Source: a virus
Virus record (IMG/VR): IMGVR_UViG_3300032092_000011
Coordinates: 45,842-109,841 of that record
Length of the DNA stretch: 64,000 bases
Reading direction: 5' to 3' (one strand)
In this document: positions 30,430 to 39,000 of the stretch, one piece after another
Layout: each line of letters begins with the position of its first letter
Position numbering within the stretch: position 1 is the first letter of the stretch
Translations under genes and position numbers: made by a program
Notes under the pieces: model-generated
The model's input: only the letters and a program-made list of their open reading frames with translations
The model's database searches: none
Told to the model about the DNA's origin: nothing

Positions 30430-31096
30430 AAGCTTTTCTAAATAACATTACAACATCCATAGCATCTTCAATTGCATTGTGTGTTACCACATCTCCTAAT
30501 CCGGCACGTTCTTTACAAAGGCTAAGTCCAGGAGCGCAATCATCATTTTGCCAATCAATAAATAGGACAGATGGATCTAGAGTTCGGCCACGAGCTTTTA
30601 AACATTGCTTCCATCTTGGTAACCTTTCTAAAAACTTGTTATCAAAGTTGGCAAAGTTCTTACCAGCTGCATTAAAGTAAAAAGGTTTCATTTTGGAAGT
30701 TAAAGCTGGATATGATTTACCATTAACGATTTCAAAATGACCGGTTGGATCGTATTTACCATCTAGTGCACCATTATCATATAGGAATTGAAAGATTCTC
30801 TTTGCTACATCTTCTTCATAAAGATATTCACGACCAGTTCGTTGCTCAATTTCTTTACGTTCTTCATCAGTTCTAGCCAATTTGTATTCTAAAATGTCGG
30901 CAATTAGTTGACGATTCATATTAATCGCAAAGATTTCACCTTCAATTCTTTCACGAATAATGGCAATTTCTAGTTTTGGTAATTCTTCAATTGGTTTAAT
31001 ATCAATAGTATCTTCTACTACTAATCCAATTGATAATGTCTGTGTTGATTCGTTATCGATTCCGGTGGTTTCGATATCAATGCTTACGTATTTCAT
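30419..31096 (-). CDS. DEDDh 3'-5' exonuclease (oligoribonuclease-like)
   Basis: DIETTG, NFANFD, HNAIED. Confidence 0.8.
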   Translation of the reverse strand: MKYVSIDIETTGIDNESTQTLSIGLVVEDTIDIKPIEELPKLEIAIIRERIEGEIFAINMNRQLIADILEYKLARTDEERKEIEQRTGREYLYEEDVAKRIFQFLYDNGALDGKYDPTGHFEIVNGKSYPALTSKMKPFYFNAAGKNFANFDNKFLERLPRWKQCLKARGRTLDPSVLFIDWQNDDCAPGLSLCKERAGLGDVVTHNAIEDAMDVVMLFRKAYVK

Positions 31097-31686
31097 ATTA
31101 AAAATTTTAAGATTTCTTCTTTAACACCGCTCTGTTTGATTCCTTCTCGATTACGAGGAGTATGAACAAAATTTGTTAATCCTGGCTTTTTATCACTACT
31201 ATCTTTAGAAGCAAATCGATCGCCTAAGAATTTAACACTCATATCTAAATCATCAATGGCAACCCAATGTGTAATTTCTGGGTGATTTTCAACCCAATGA
31301 TTGATTTCCATGCTACGTTCTAGTTCTAATTCAGCTCTAAAACGAAAACCAGACCATTCGCTTGGATACAGGTCTTTAAACATATCAGTCGTTGCAATTG
31401 GAGCCTTAATAATACCTTGATTTAAGTAGTATTCTCCTAATTCTTGTAAATTAGCATGCAATCTCCAATCAGAACTAACTACAATTTCAGCTCCAGTTTG
31501 TTCTAAAATTTCATTTAAGATTTTAATTGCTTTTTTATCAAAATTATCGAATCTGTATTCGACTGGCATTTCACGAGTAGTCATGGATAGTTTCCTACCA
31601 CCCCATTCCTTTTGCTTTTTGAAGCGACCGCCCCAATTATCAGCAAGGCAAATTACGCCATCGTTATCTAAAAATACAATTTTCAT
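31093..31686 (-). CDS. HAD phosphatase, Swiss-Army-knife RNA-repair type
   Basis: FLDNDGV, VVSSDWR, VAIDD. Confidence 0.8.
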   Translation of the reverse strand: MKIVFLDNDGVICLADNWGGRFKKQKEWGGRKLSMTTREMPVEYRFDNFDKKAIKILNEILEQTGAEIVVSSDWRLHANLQELGEYYLNQGIIKAPIATTDMFKDLYPSEWSGFRFRAELELERSMEINHWVENHPEITHWVAIDDLDMSVKFLGDRFASKDSSDKKPGLTNFVHTPRNREGIKQSGVKEEILKFLI

Positions 31687-31720
31687 AAGTATTATATGTT
31701 TGTTTCGGAAAAAGTTTATA

Positions 31721-31747
31721 AAAAAACCCTGACGAAGTCAGGGTTTT
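31721..31747 (-). terminator. intrinsic terminator
   Basis: AAAACCCTGAC-TTC-GTCAGGGTTTTTT after 31769..32803. Confidence 0.75.
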
Positions 31748-31768
31748 ATATGTAGATTTTAAATGTGA

Positions 31769-32803
31769 TTAATGATCTGCATTTTCGCCTTCTTCGCCTT
31801 TTGGCTTAATAAGTGCTTCGATTACGGCAATGATTGCCAGGTATTTTGCGGTTGCTGTAATAAAATGAACAACTGTACCGATTCCAGGAATTACGCTGAG
31901 AATTGCTCCTTCTGCTGCATGTTTTACTTGATATTCAGCAACAACACCGATGATTGATGCTAATACAGCAAATTCATAAGGTCCTGGTGCTCCAGCAAGC
32001 TGAGTTGCATAGAATGAGAATTTATTAAGTGCTCCACCTGCAACTTTTTCTGCTGCTTGTTTAACTTTATCTAAAAGGCTAAATGGAGGAATATGGTGCA
32101 TCTTATGAGCGATTGCAGAAACAAATGGAATTCCTCCACCCTCTTCAACAATATCAGTAAAATCAACTGTTCCATTAAGAATGGCTTCATTTAGTGAATG
32201 TACTATAGCTAATTCAAAACTTTCATTAGATTTATCATCTTCTTTAGCAGCTTCCATACCAGCTTTAGTTGCTTGTGAAACGAAACCAGACAGAGCCCAA
32301 GTTTTCATTGCTTTAGCAGAAGCACCTAATTGTTTTACCTCTTCAATTAAAGCATTTTTAGTTTTTTCTCCAGCACTATCGATTTTTTCTTTAATAACTT
32401 TACCTGCCTTTCCTGCTTCAGCTTTATAATAACTAGCTGCGCCATTCCATGCTGATTCAATTGCTTCTTTAATTTTGGTTGCAATTAATTTAACAACGCT
32501 TACAATATTTCCGCCTAATTTAATGATTTTTTCTTGAGCATCGGAAAGAGCATTTTTACCTTTAGTTTTAACAACATCTACCGCATTGTCAAATTTGGCT
32601 TTCATTTTAGCAACTAAACTTTCTTCATTAATAGTTTCAATAAAAGCTGTATCGAAAAGACCAGATTCAATAATAATTTGAGCTTCATTTAGAAAAGGCT
32701 TTACATCATTGAATTGAGAGATAATATTAAATAAAAGTTCTCTACGAGATTCTACCAAAGTGCTATGATTAACAAATTGGTTATAAGACATTAATTGGCT
32801 CAC
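31769..32803 (-). CDS. putative virion protein with hydrophobic C-terminal helices and CTS-like start
   Basis: MSQLMSYNQFVNH...LVE start, several L/I-x-E sites, late-type motif upstream. Confidence 0.55.
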   Translation of the reverse strand: MSQLMSYNQFVNHSTLVESRRELLFNIISQFNDVKPFLNEAQIIIESGLFDTAFIETINEESLVAKMKAKFDNAVDVVKTKGKNALSDAQEKIIKLGGNIVSVVKLIATKIKEAIESAWNGAASYYKAEAGKAGKVIKEKIDSAGEKTKNALIEEVKQLGASAKAMKTWALSGFVSQATKAGMEAAKEDDKSNESFELAIVHSLNEAILNGTVDFTDIVEEGGGIPFVSAIAHKMHHIPPFSLLDKVKQAAEKVAGGALNKFSFYATQLAGAPGPYEFAVLASIIGVVAEYQVKHAAEGAILSVIPGIGTVVHFITATAKYLAIIAVIEALIKPKGEEGENADH

Positions 32804-32852
32804 AGTAATTTACACAATTTTTATTTCTTTATATATTTCTAATATAAAATTG

Positions 32853-32925
32853 AGCGGAAGACGAGATTCGAACTCGCGACCCCAACCTTGGCAAGGTTGT
32901 GCTCTACCAGCTGAGCTACTTCCGC
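32853..32925 (-). tRNA. tRNA-Gly(GCC)
   Basis: CAACC-TTGCCAA-GGTTG. Confidence 0.92.
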
Positions 32926-32930
32926 ATTAT

Positions 32931-33018
32931 GGGTAGGATCAGACGTGTTCTGCATAGCAGGTCTGCCTACCGAGACCTCGTCGTTAACTTTCGTCAGAGC
33001 GTACCGAGACACTAGGTA
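32931..33018 (-). ncRNA. structured ncRNA candidate
   Basis: GC-rich spacer; AGGTCT/AGACCT hairpin whose loop GGTAGG can pair with downstream CCTACC; GTCTCGGTA occurs twice. Confidence 0.4.
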
Positions 33019-33026
33019 AAAATAAC

Positions 33027-33145
33027 AGGATGGGTTTTGTACGTGCTCTACCAACTGAGCTACTGGTCCCGAGAGATCAGGCCGGACTCGAACCGACGAC
33101 CACGAGGTTAACAGCCTAGATTTTATTATTTGCAGTAACCATCCT
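33027..33145 (-). ncRNA. circularly permuted tRNA-Asn(GTT)-like RNA within a GGAT stem (Y-RNA/YrlA-like)
   Basis: Order: closing stem, ACTGCAAAT, AGG-CTGTTAA-CCTCG, T-arm GTCGG-TTCGAGT-CCGGC, looped acceptor stem, D-arm TAGCTCAGTTGGTAGAGCA, closing stem. Confidence 0.75.
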
Positions 33146-33149
33146 TATT

Positions 33150-34115
33150 TTATATCTCATTATATGATTCTTCTAATATTAAATTAATTTCATCAAATAA
33201 TTCCTTATATTTTTCTTTAATCCCATTAAAATGATCTAAATCCGCTAATAATCTTAACAAAATAGAAATCCTAACATGCGGGTTATCATAAAGAAATTTC
33301 TTGCCCCAAATATGCTGTATCTCATCTTCTATTTTAAGACTCTCTTCGCTAGAACTAATGTTAGGAATCCATCTTTTATTCCAAATCATTTCTTCCATAT
33401 AGAGACATGCTCTATAAACATTTGGTTTAATAGTTCCATAGGATATTCCTAATTTTCTAGCTATAACAGGTAATAATCTTTGTTCAATAAAAAGAGAACT
33501 TCTTCTTTCAATTTTTTCATCATCTATTTCTTTATTGTATGATATTATCTTAATAGATTCGTCATACCAATTATCTATAAGTTCTCTTGTTCGATTTTTA
33601 AAATGAAGAATTGCAGCGTTTAATGGCCAATAATTCCAATTAAATCGATTAATATCTTCAAGATCTAGCCAATTAGAAGGATCATGGTACATGTTGTATT
33701 TTGAATCAGTATCAAAATTCTCTTTATGAAAGACATGGAAATCGTAACCCTTATCAATTAGATTTTTACCTTTAATCCATAAGTCAGTATCGAAGATACA
33801 AAACTCATTATACATTTTAGATAATTCTCTTGCTACAAATATTTTTGAAAAACTCCAATATCTAGATGCTTTATCTTTATGAGGCATTCTTGTTAATAAA
33901 TGTAAATCGATTCCATCATATTCTTCAAATATCTTGTATTTTAAAATAGAATCTAAATGCTCTTGATTTGCAATTAACCGCATTGGACCATAATTTTCTT
34001 TCCAATATAAAACAGAGACAAGTTGTATTAAAACGTTGATTGCATCGTATTTATTATCTTTAATCTCTCTAAATTTATTTTCAAATTTATAATAAACATG
34101 ATAGCCTCTAATCAT
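33150..34115 (-). CDS. glycosyltransferase-like protein (DxD; DUF6734-like)
   Basis: YWSFSKIF, IFDTDL, NAAIL, EQRLL, IQHIWG. Confidence 0.5.
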   Translation of the reverse strand: MIRGYHVYYKFENKFREIKDNKYDAINVLIQLVSVLYWKENYGPMRLIANQEHLDSILKYKIFEEYDGIDLHLLTRMPHKDKASRYWSFSKIFVARELSKMYNEFCIFDTDLWIKGKNLIDKGYDFHVFHKENFDTDSKYNMYHDPSNWLDLEDINRFNWNYWPLNAAILHFKNRTRELIDNWYDESIKIISYNKEIDDEKIERRSSLFIEQRLLPVIARKLGISYGTIKPNVYRACLYMEEMIWNKRWIPNISSSEESLKIEDEIQHIWGKKFLYDNPHVRISILLRLLADLDHFNGIKEKYKELFDEINLILEESYNEI

Positions 34116-34133
34116 TGTTCTATAATATATTTC

Positions 34134-34265
34134 GGATTCCTGTTATATGGACCAGCGCGTTTACCAATTTCGCCACCCTTCAGATTATTTATTCGATTGT
34201 TGAAGGGGTAGGACTCGAACCTACAGTATACCGGTTTCTTTCCTTAATTTTGCTGTAAGGAATCC
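34134..34265 (-). ncRNA. YrlA-like permuted tRNA-mimic RNA within a GGAT stem
   Basis: GGATTCCT-TACAGCAAA..., ACCGG, T-arm GTAGG-TTCGAGT-CCTAC, acceptor CCCTTCA-loop-TGAAGGG, D-arm TGGCGAAATTGGTAAACGC, CTGGT, ...AC-AGGAATCC; no anticodon loop. Confidence 0.75.
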
Positions 34266-34268
34266 ATT

Positions 34269-34345
34269 TGGCGGCTCGTACGGGACTCGAACCCGTGACC
34301 TTCGCCGTGACAGGGCGACATTGTAACCAACTCTACTAACGAGCC
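34269..34345 (-). tRNA. tRNA-Asp(GTC)
   Basis: TCGCC-CTGTCAC-GGCGA; encoded CCA. Confidence 0.92.
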
Positions 34346-34351
34346 AAATAG

Positions 34352-34425
34352 TAGACAATGATGGACTCGAACCATCGACCTCCTCGGTATCAGCGAGGCG
34401 CTCTAACCAACTGAGCTAAATGTCT
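34352..34425 (-). tRNA. tRNA-Ile(GAT)
   Basis: CCTCG-CTGATAC-CGAGG. Confidence 0.88.
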
Positions 34426-34429
34426 AAAT

Positions 34430-34543
34430 ATGAGAGGTCTCCGATGCCTCCTCTCGCGGTGGATATTTAATGACGTTTTGTATAATGCTGTATCAGCAAG
34501 TCGCAAGTTCCACTTATACGTCAAACTCGAATCGGTATTAAGG
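34430..34543 (-). ncRNA. pseudoknotted ncRNA candidate
   Basis: Helices TGACGT/ACGTCA, TGCTG/CAGCA, GAGAGG/CCTCTC, crossing GTGGA/TCCAC and CCGAT/ATCGG. Confidence 0.45.
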
Positions 34544-34545
34544 TG

Positions 34546-34617
34546 TAGCCCGTACGAGAATCGAACTCGTCTCTCATCCGTGAAAGGGATGCGTCCTAAC
34601 CGATAGACTAACGGGCC
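34546..34617 (-). tRNA. tRNA-Glu(TTC)
   Basis: CATCC-CTTTCAC-GGATG. Confidence 0.9.
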
Positions 34618-34624
34618 AAATTTG

Positions 34625-34696
34625 CTCCCCGGGTAGGATTTGAACCTACGACCACACGATTAACAGTCGCGTGCTCTACCACTGAGCTACCGAGGA
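34625..34696 (-). tRNA. tRNA-Asn(GTT)
   Basis: CGCGA-CTGTTAA-TCGTG. Confidence 0.92.
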
Positions 34697-34702
34697 ATAA
34701 AA

Positions 34703-34892
34703 TAAATCTTCCATGCGCATTAACATGGTCAAGAAGTAACCGATGGTTTGTTCCCCATCGCCTGATGCCGTGCACAGCAGAGCAGGGTCTCCTACATAGC
34801 AACTCGGGGCATGATTACTCTCAATAAAGGTTGCGATCCTGCGAGAGCCGAGTTCCCTTTCAACGGTGCTAATCCGTCCTATGTGAGATTTA
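34703..34892 (-). ncRNA. ~190-nt multi-helix ncRNA candidate
   Basis: Closing TAAATCT/AGATTTA; ACATAG/CTATGT, AACTCGG/CCGAGTT, CGATGG/CCATCG, CCATG/CATGG, crossing GCAGG/CCTGC; GC-rich. Confidence 0.5.
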
Positions 34893-34896
34893 TTCG

Positions 34897-34970
34897 TGGA
34901 GGATATCGGATTCGAACCGATGACCCCTTGCGTGCAAGGCAAGTGCTCTAGCCAACTGAGCTAATCCCCC
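34897..34970 (-). tRNA. tRNA-Ala(TGC)
   Basis: CTTGC-CTTGCAC-GCAAG; G3:U70 pair. Confidence 0.92.
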
Positions 34971-35033
34971 GAAAAGAGTTAGGATCTGAGTCTTACGATA
35001 CCTAGGATTCTTCTGCTCCATCCATACTCTCTT

Positions 35034-35109
<76 letters not shown>

Positions 35110-35117
35110 ATATATTG

Positions 35118-35188
35118 TTGTCCCCGAAGGATTCGAACCTCCACTAGATGGACCAAAACCATCTGTCCTGCCATTAGACGAGAGGACA
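35118..35188 (-). tRNA. tRNA-Gln(TTG)
   Basis: GATGG-TTTTGGT-CCATC. Confidence 0.9.
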
Positions 35189-35194
35189 AGATAC

Positions 35195-35252
35195 TGGATG
35201 CGCTTGTGTCAAAGTTAAAGTTTGATTTTGTAAAATTTGCTGCATGCATCCA
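35195..35252 (-). ncRNA. GGAT-stem/CAGCAAA ncRNA family, short member with anticodon-like hairpin
   Basis: TGGATGC-ATGCAGCAAAT...TCAAA-CTTTAAC-TTTGA...GCATCCA. Confidence 0.6.
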
Positions 35253-35258
35253 AAATTC

Positions 35259-35591
35259 TTATTGCTCTTCCGATATGTCAAAGATCGATTTGCCTTTTTT
35301 AGTCATAAAGATAATGTCTTCACCATTAGCATCTTCAACCCAATCAATTAGTCCATCTTCTTTCATTTGGTCTAATTCTTGATTAAATCTTGCTTTAAAA
35401 AAAGCATATTCAAATTGCTCTTCAGTCATTTGAAATTCTTCTCCTTTTGTAAAACATTCGAAGAATATTTCAGAAATAGATTCAACTAAATATTCAGGAG
35501 TTGGATCTTCTTCTTGCAATGTTGGTTTAAGTAATTCAACAACATTTTCAGCTTCAACTCTGACTTTCTGTGGCCAATTTGTTTTTTCCAT
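35259..35591 (-). CDS. hypothetical acidic protein
   Basis: 110-aa ORF. Confidence 0.55.
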   Translation of the reverse strand: MEKTNWPQKVRVEAENVVELLKPTLQEEDPTPEYLVESISEIFFECFTKGEEFQMTEEQFEYAFFKARFNQELDQMKEDGLIDWVEDANGEDIIFMTKKGKSIFDISEEQ

Positions 35592-35593
35592 TG

Positions 35594-35860
35594 TTATTTT
35601 ATAATGAATACTCGATAAGGTTTCATGAGTGTCAATTTAGAACCATCTGAATTGTAGTACCAAATAGAATCTTCATTCTGACCATAAATTGTATCAGTGT
35701 ACGCGATTGCTGGTCTAAGTTCTTCTGTAACATTAATCTCAGTCAAGCCAACTTGACGCTCGATTCTAGTTGGAACCATTCCTTCAATCTTGTACTTATA
35801 TTCTTTACCTTTACATGAAAAGAAAAGAATTGATAAACCTATTGCATAAATTACTTTCAT
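35594..35860 (-). CDS. small lipoprotein
   Basis: Start at MKVIYAIG (35860), lipobox LFFSC; the longer ORF-track start lies inside tRNA-Leu. Confidence 0.6.
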   Translation of the reverse strand: MKVIYAIGLSILFFSCKGKEYKYKIEGMVPTRIERQVGLTEINVTEELRPAIAYTDTIYGQNEDSIWYYNSDGSKLTLMKPYRVFIIK

Positions 35861-35872
35861 CTTATAAAATTT

Positions 35873-35961
35873 TGGTACTCGAGGCGGGAATCGAACCCGC
35901 ACGAACCTTACGGTCCATCAGATTTTAAGTCTGACGTGTCTACCTATTCCACCACCCGAGC
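35873..35961 (-). tRNA. tRNA-Leu(TAA)
   Basis: TCAGA-CTTAAAA-TCTGA, long variable arm, encoded CCA. Confidence 0.92.
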
Positions 35962-36001
35962 ATGTTTAAGTATCTTCAATAACTTTAAGAACGTTACATC
36001 T

Positions 36002-36029
36002 ATTATATCTGATGAAATCAGATTGTTTC
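36002..36029 (-). promoter_or_regulatory. class B promoter GAAACAA-N15-TATAAT
   Basis: Upstream of the second tRNA block. Confidence 0.65.
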
Positions 36030-36045
36030 ATAACATGTTATTGAA

Positions 36046-39000
36046 TTATCCGCAATAAAGATAACCGTAGATTCCAGTTGCCTTACCTTCACTATCAAAA
36101 GTACAATCTTCCATACATTTACCCAATGTAAATGAATTTATAGTTTGTCTTTCCTCGTATTGAGGTGTTCCATTGTCAAATCCAATAATGACATATTCAA
36201 CTGGTTGTTTCATTGCGTATCCTGGTACGTCAGAAGAACATAGTAAATCTCCTTTTAGAACTGGACCATTTTGGTTACATACTTTTATACCTTGTAATCC
36301 TGTTTTAGCATCGAATGAATCTCCTAATGAAGCAACTCTCCATATACTTTTTTGATTTCTGTCCGCCAATGGTATTTTATTTCCAAATGAATCTCTATAT
36401 TGATAATCTTTTTCTGAAGTATCTTTTCCATTTATTAAGAATCTATCTAATGGACTTTCCTGTATAGAAAAATCAACTTCTTGCCATAAAATACCAACAA
36501 TTGCCGGGTCTTTTGCAGAAGATGCTTTAACTAATTCATTGTTTCCATCTAATTTAACAAGATCTCCAACTTCTAATATAACATCATTTCTTTTAGTATA
36601 TTGGTGAGACAATGTTGTTGCTATTGCTTCTCCATATGGTTGCTCACGAGGATCTGTACCTCCTCTGTAATTTACATAGTCATCTGCGAGTAATTCAAAA
36701 TCTTGTTGATATTGAATAAAATTAGTTTTCGTTGATTCAAAATCAGTTTTAAAAGCACCAAATCTTGTAGTTCCAATGTACGCATCATTTCTCATTTTAA
36801 GCATTTGACGTGCACCTAATTCCGGATCTTCAACGATGTCAACTTCAAAGAAATCATTCATTGGACTTCCGCCTACCGTAGCACCTGAAGTAATATCAAT
36901 ATCTCCTTTAAATGCTGCGGTACCGTCTGGTGCAATATAGAAGTTTTTAGCATTGATTGCACCTAGATCTAAGTTAATACCCATACCAGCCGTAGAATAA
37001 GTATTCCATGCTGATGTGTGATTTGCTGGGAAGTTACCATTCTTAATTATACCAGTAGTTATCTTTCCACCATCAATAGTAGTGGATGTTGTTAAAAACT
37101 GAGAAGTATCTGGAGCTGGACCTTGTGGACCTGTGGCTCCCTGAATAGATTTTGCAAAACTTTGAGTTTTAGTAAAGCTAAAACTTGCACCATTTGCTCT
37201 TTTTCCAGAAATCGTGTATGTTATCGATGCTGTATTAGCTGTCATATTATTATGATCGCCAATCGTTGCATAATTACCGCTATCAGTAATACTTCCCGGA
37301 GTAATTGAACTACCTGTTCTTGTTAAAGTCCATCTACTAGCAGAGGTTCCTGATCCATCATAAATTAATTCAGTAGCTCCTTCATATAATCTTATGGTAG
37401 TTCCTGAACCAGTATAAGTAACAACACCAGCACTAGTTGTAGGTAAAGTATGCGCTTCATTACTAAGAATTACTGTCATACCATCAGTACCAGGTGCTCC
37501 ATCGATACCATTAACGCCATCAACTCCGTCTCTACCATTAACGCCATCAACTCCGTCTCTACCATTAGTACCATTAGTACCATTAGCACCATTAGTACCA
37601 TTAGTTCCTGGTTTAATTCCAGACATTGTGATTTGGTCACGTGCTAAAACTGTACCTGTTGTACCGCCTTCTCTAATCTGTACTTCTATTTTGTCAGGCA
37701 TACTGTCAAAACTAGATTGTGGAGTATATGTGTATGTTGTAGAAGTACCATTTTGAACAGATACATCATTTTTAAAGAATTGATAATATACAGTTCCGCT
37801 TGTATTTAAAGCAGCTGCAGTAATTGTAGTGCTTGTAGGAGATGGAGTTGTTCCAGAAGTATTATATACAAATACCTGATCTACACAAGTTAGGTTTACA
37901 GCTCTTGCATTTGCTCCAGCTGCACCGTCTGCTCCGTCTGCACCGTCAACACCATTAGCACCTTGAATAGATTTTGCAAAACTTTGAGTTTTAGTAAAGC
38001 TAAAGCTTGTACCATTTGCTCTTTTTCCAGTAATAGCATACACTATAGAAGCTACGTTAGCAGTCATGTTGCTGTGATCGCCAATCGTTGCATAATTACC
38101 GCTATCAGTAATACTTCCCGGAGTAATTGAACTCCCTGTTCTTGTTAAAGTCCATTTACCAGCGGTAGAACCAGATCCATCATAGACTAATTCAGTAGCG
38201 CCTTCATATAATCTTATAGTAGTTCCTGAACCAGCATATGTAACTGTTCCTGTGTTTGTTGTTGGCAGAGTATGTGCTTCATTACTAAGAATTACTGTCA
38301 TACCATCAGTACCAGGTGCTCCATCGATACCATTAACGCCATCAACTCCGTCTCTACCATCAGTACCATCAGTACCATTAGTTCCTGGTTTAATTCCAGA
38401 CATTGTGATTTGGTCACGTGCTAAAACTGTGCCTGTTGTACCGCCTTCTCTAATCTGTACTTCTATCTTGTCAGGCATGCTAGCAAAACTAGATTGTGGA
38501 GTATATGTGTATGTTGATGCTGTCCCATTTTGAACAGATACATCATTTTTAAAGAATTGATAATATACAGTTCCGCTTGTATTTAAAGCAGCGGCTGTTA
38601 TTACTGAACTAACTGGTGAAGGATTTGTTCCGGACGCATCATATACAAATACCTGATCTACGCAAGTTAGGTTTACGGCTCTTGCATTTGCTCCAGCTGA
38701 ACCGTCTGCTCCGTCTGCTCCGTCAACACCGTCAGCTCCTTTGACTAAAACCCAATTATAAAGTGATGAATCTGTTGAATCAGCTTCGGTAAAATCAGTA
38801 TAAGTTCCCATATACTCTCTACCAGTCGGATCGCTTACGCTAAAATCAATAATTTGATTGCTGCCATTTTTATTTGCATATGCAATATGTAAATATGAAG
38901 TTTGTCCATCAACACCATTAACACCAGGAAGACCATTCTCACCATTAGCTCCATCAGCACCTTTAACTAATTGCCATTTCCATAAAGTACTTCCAGATGG

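Noticed and set aside
32839-33054. 71-aa ORF
   Set aside because: Overlaps tRNA-Gly and structured RNAs; reads as tRNA-derived pseudo-protein.
37142-38694. Diversity-generating retroelement template/variable repeat pair
   Set aside because: Both copies are in-frame parts of one gene, differences are not obviously adenine-specific, and no reverse transcriptase is in the window.
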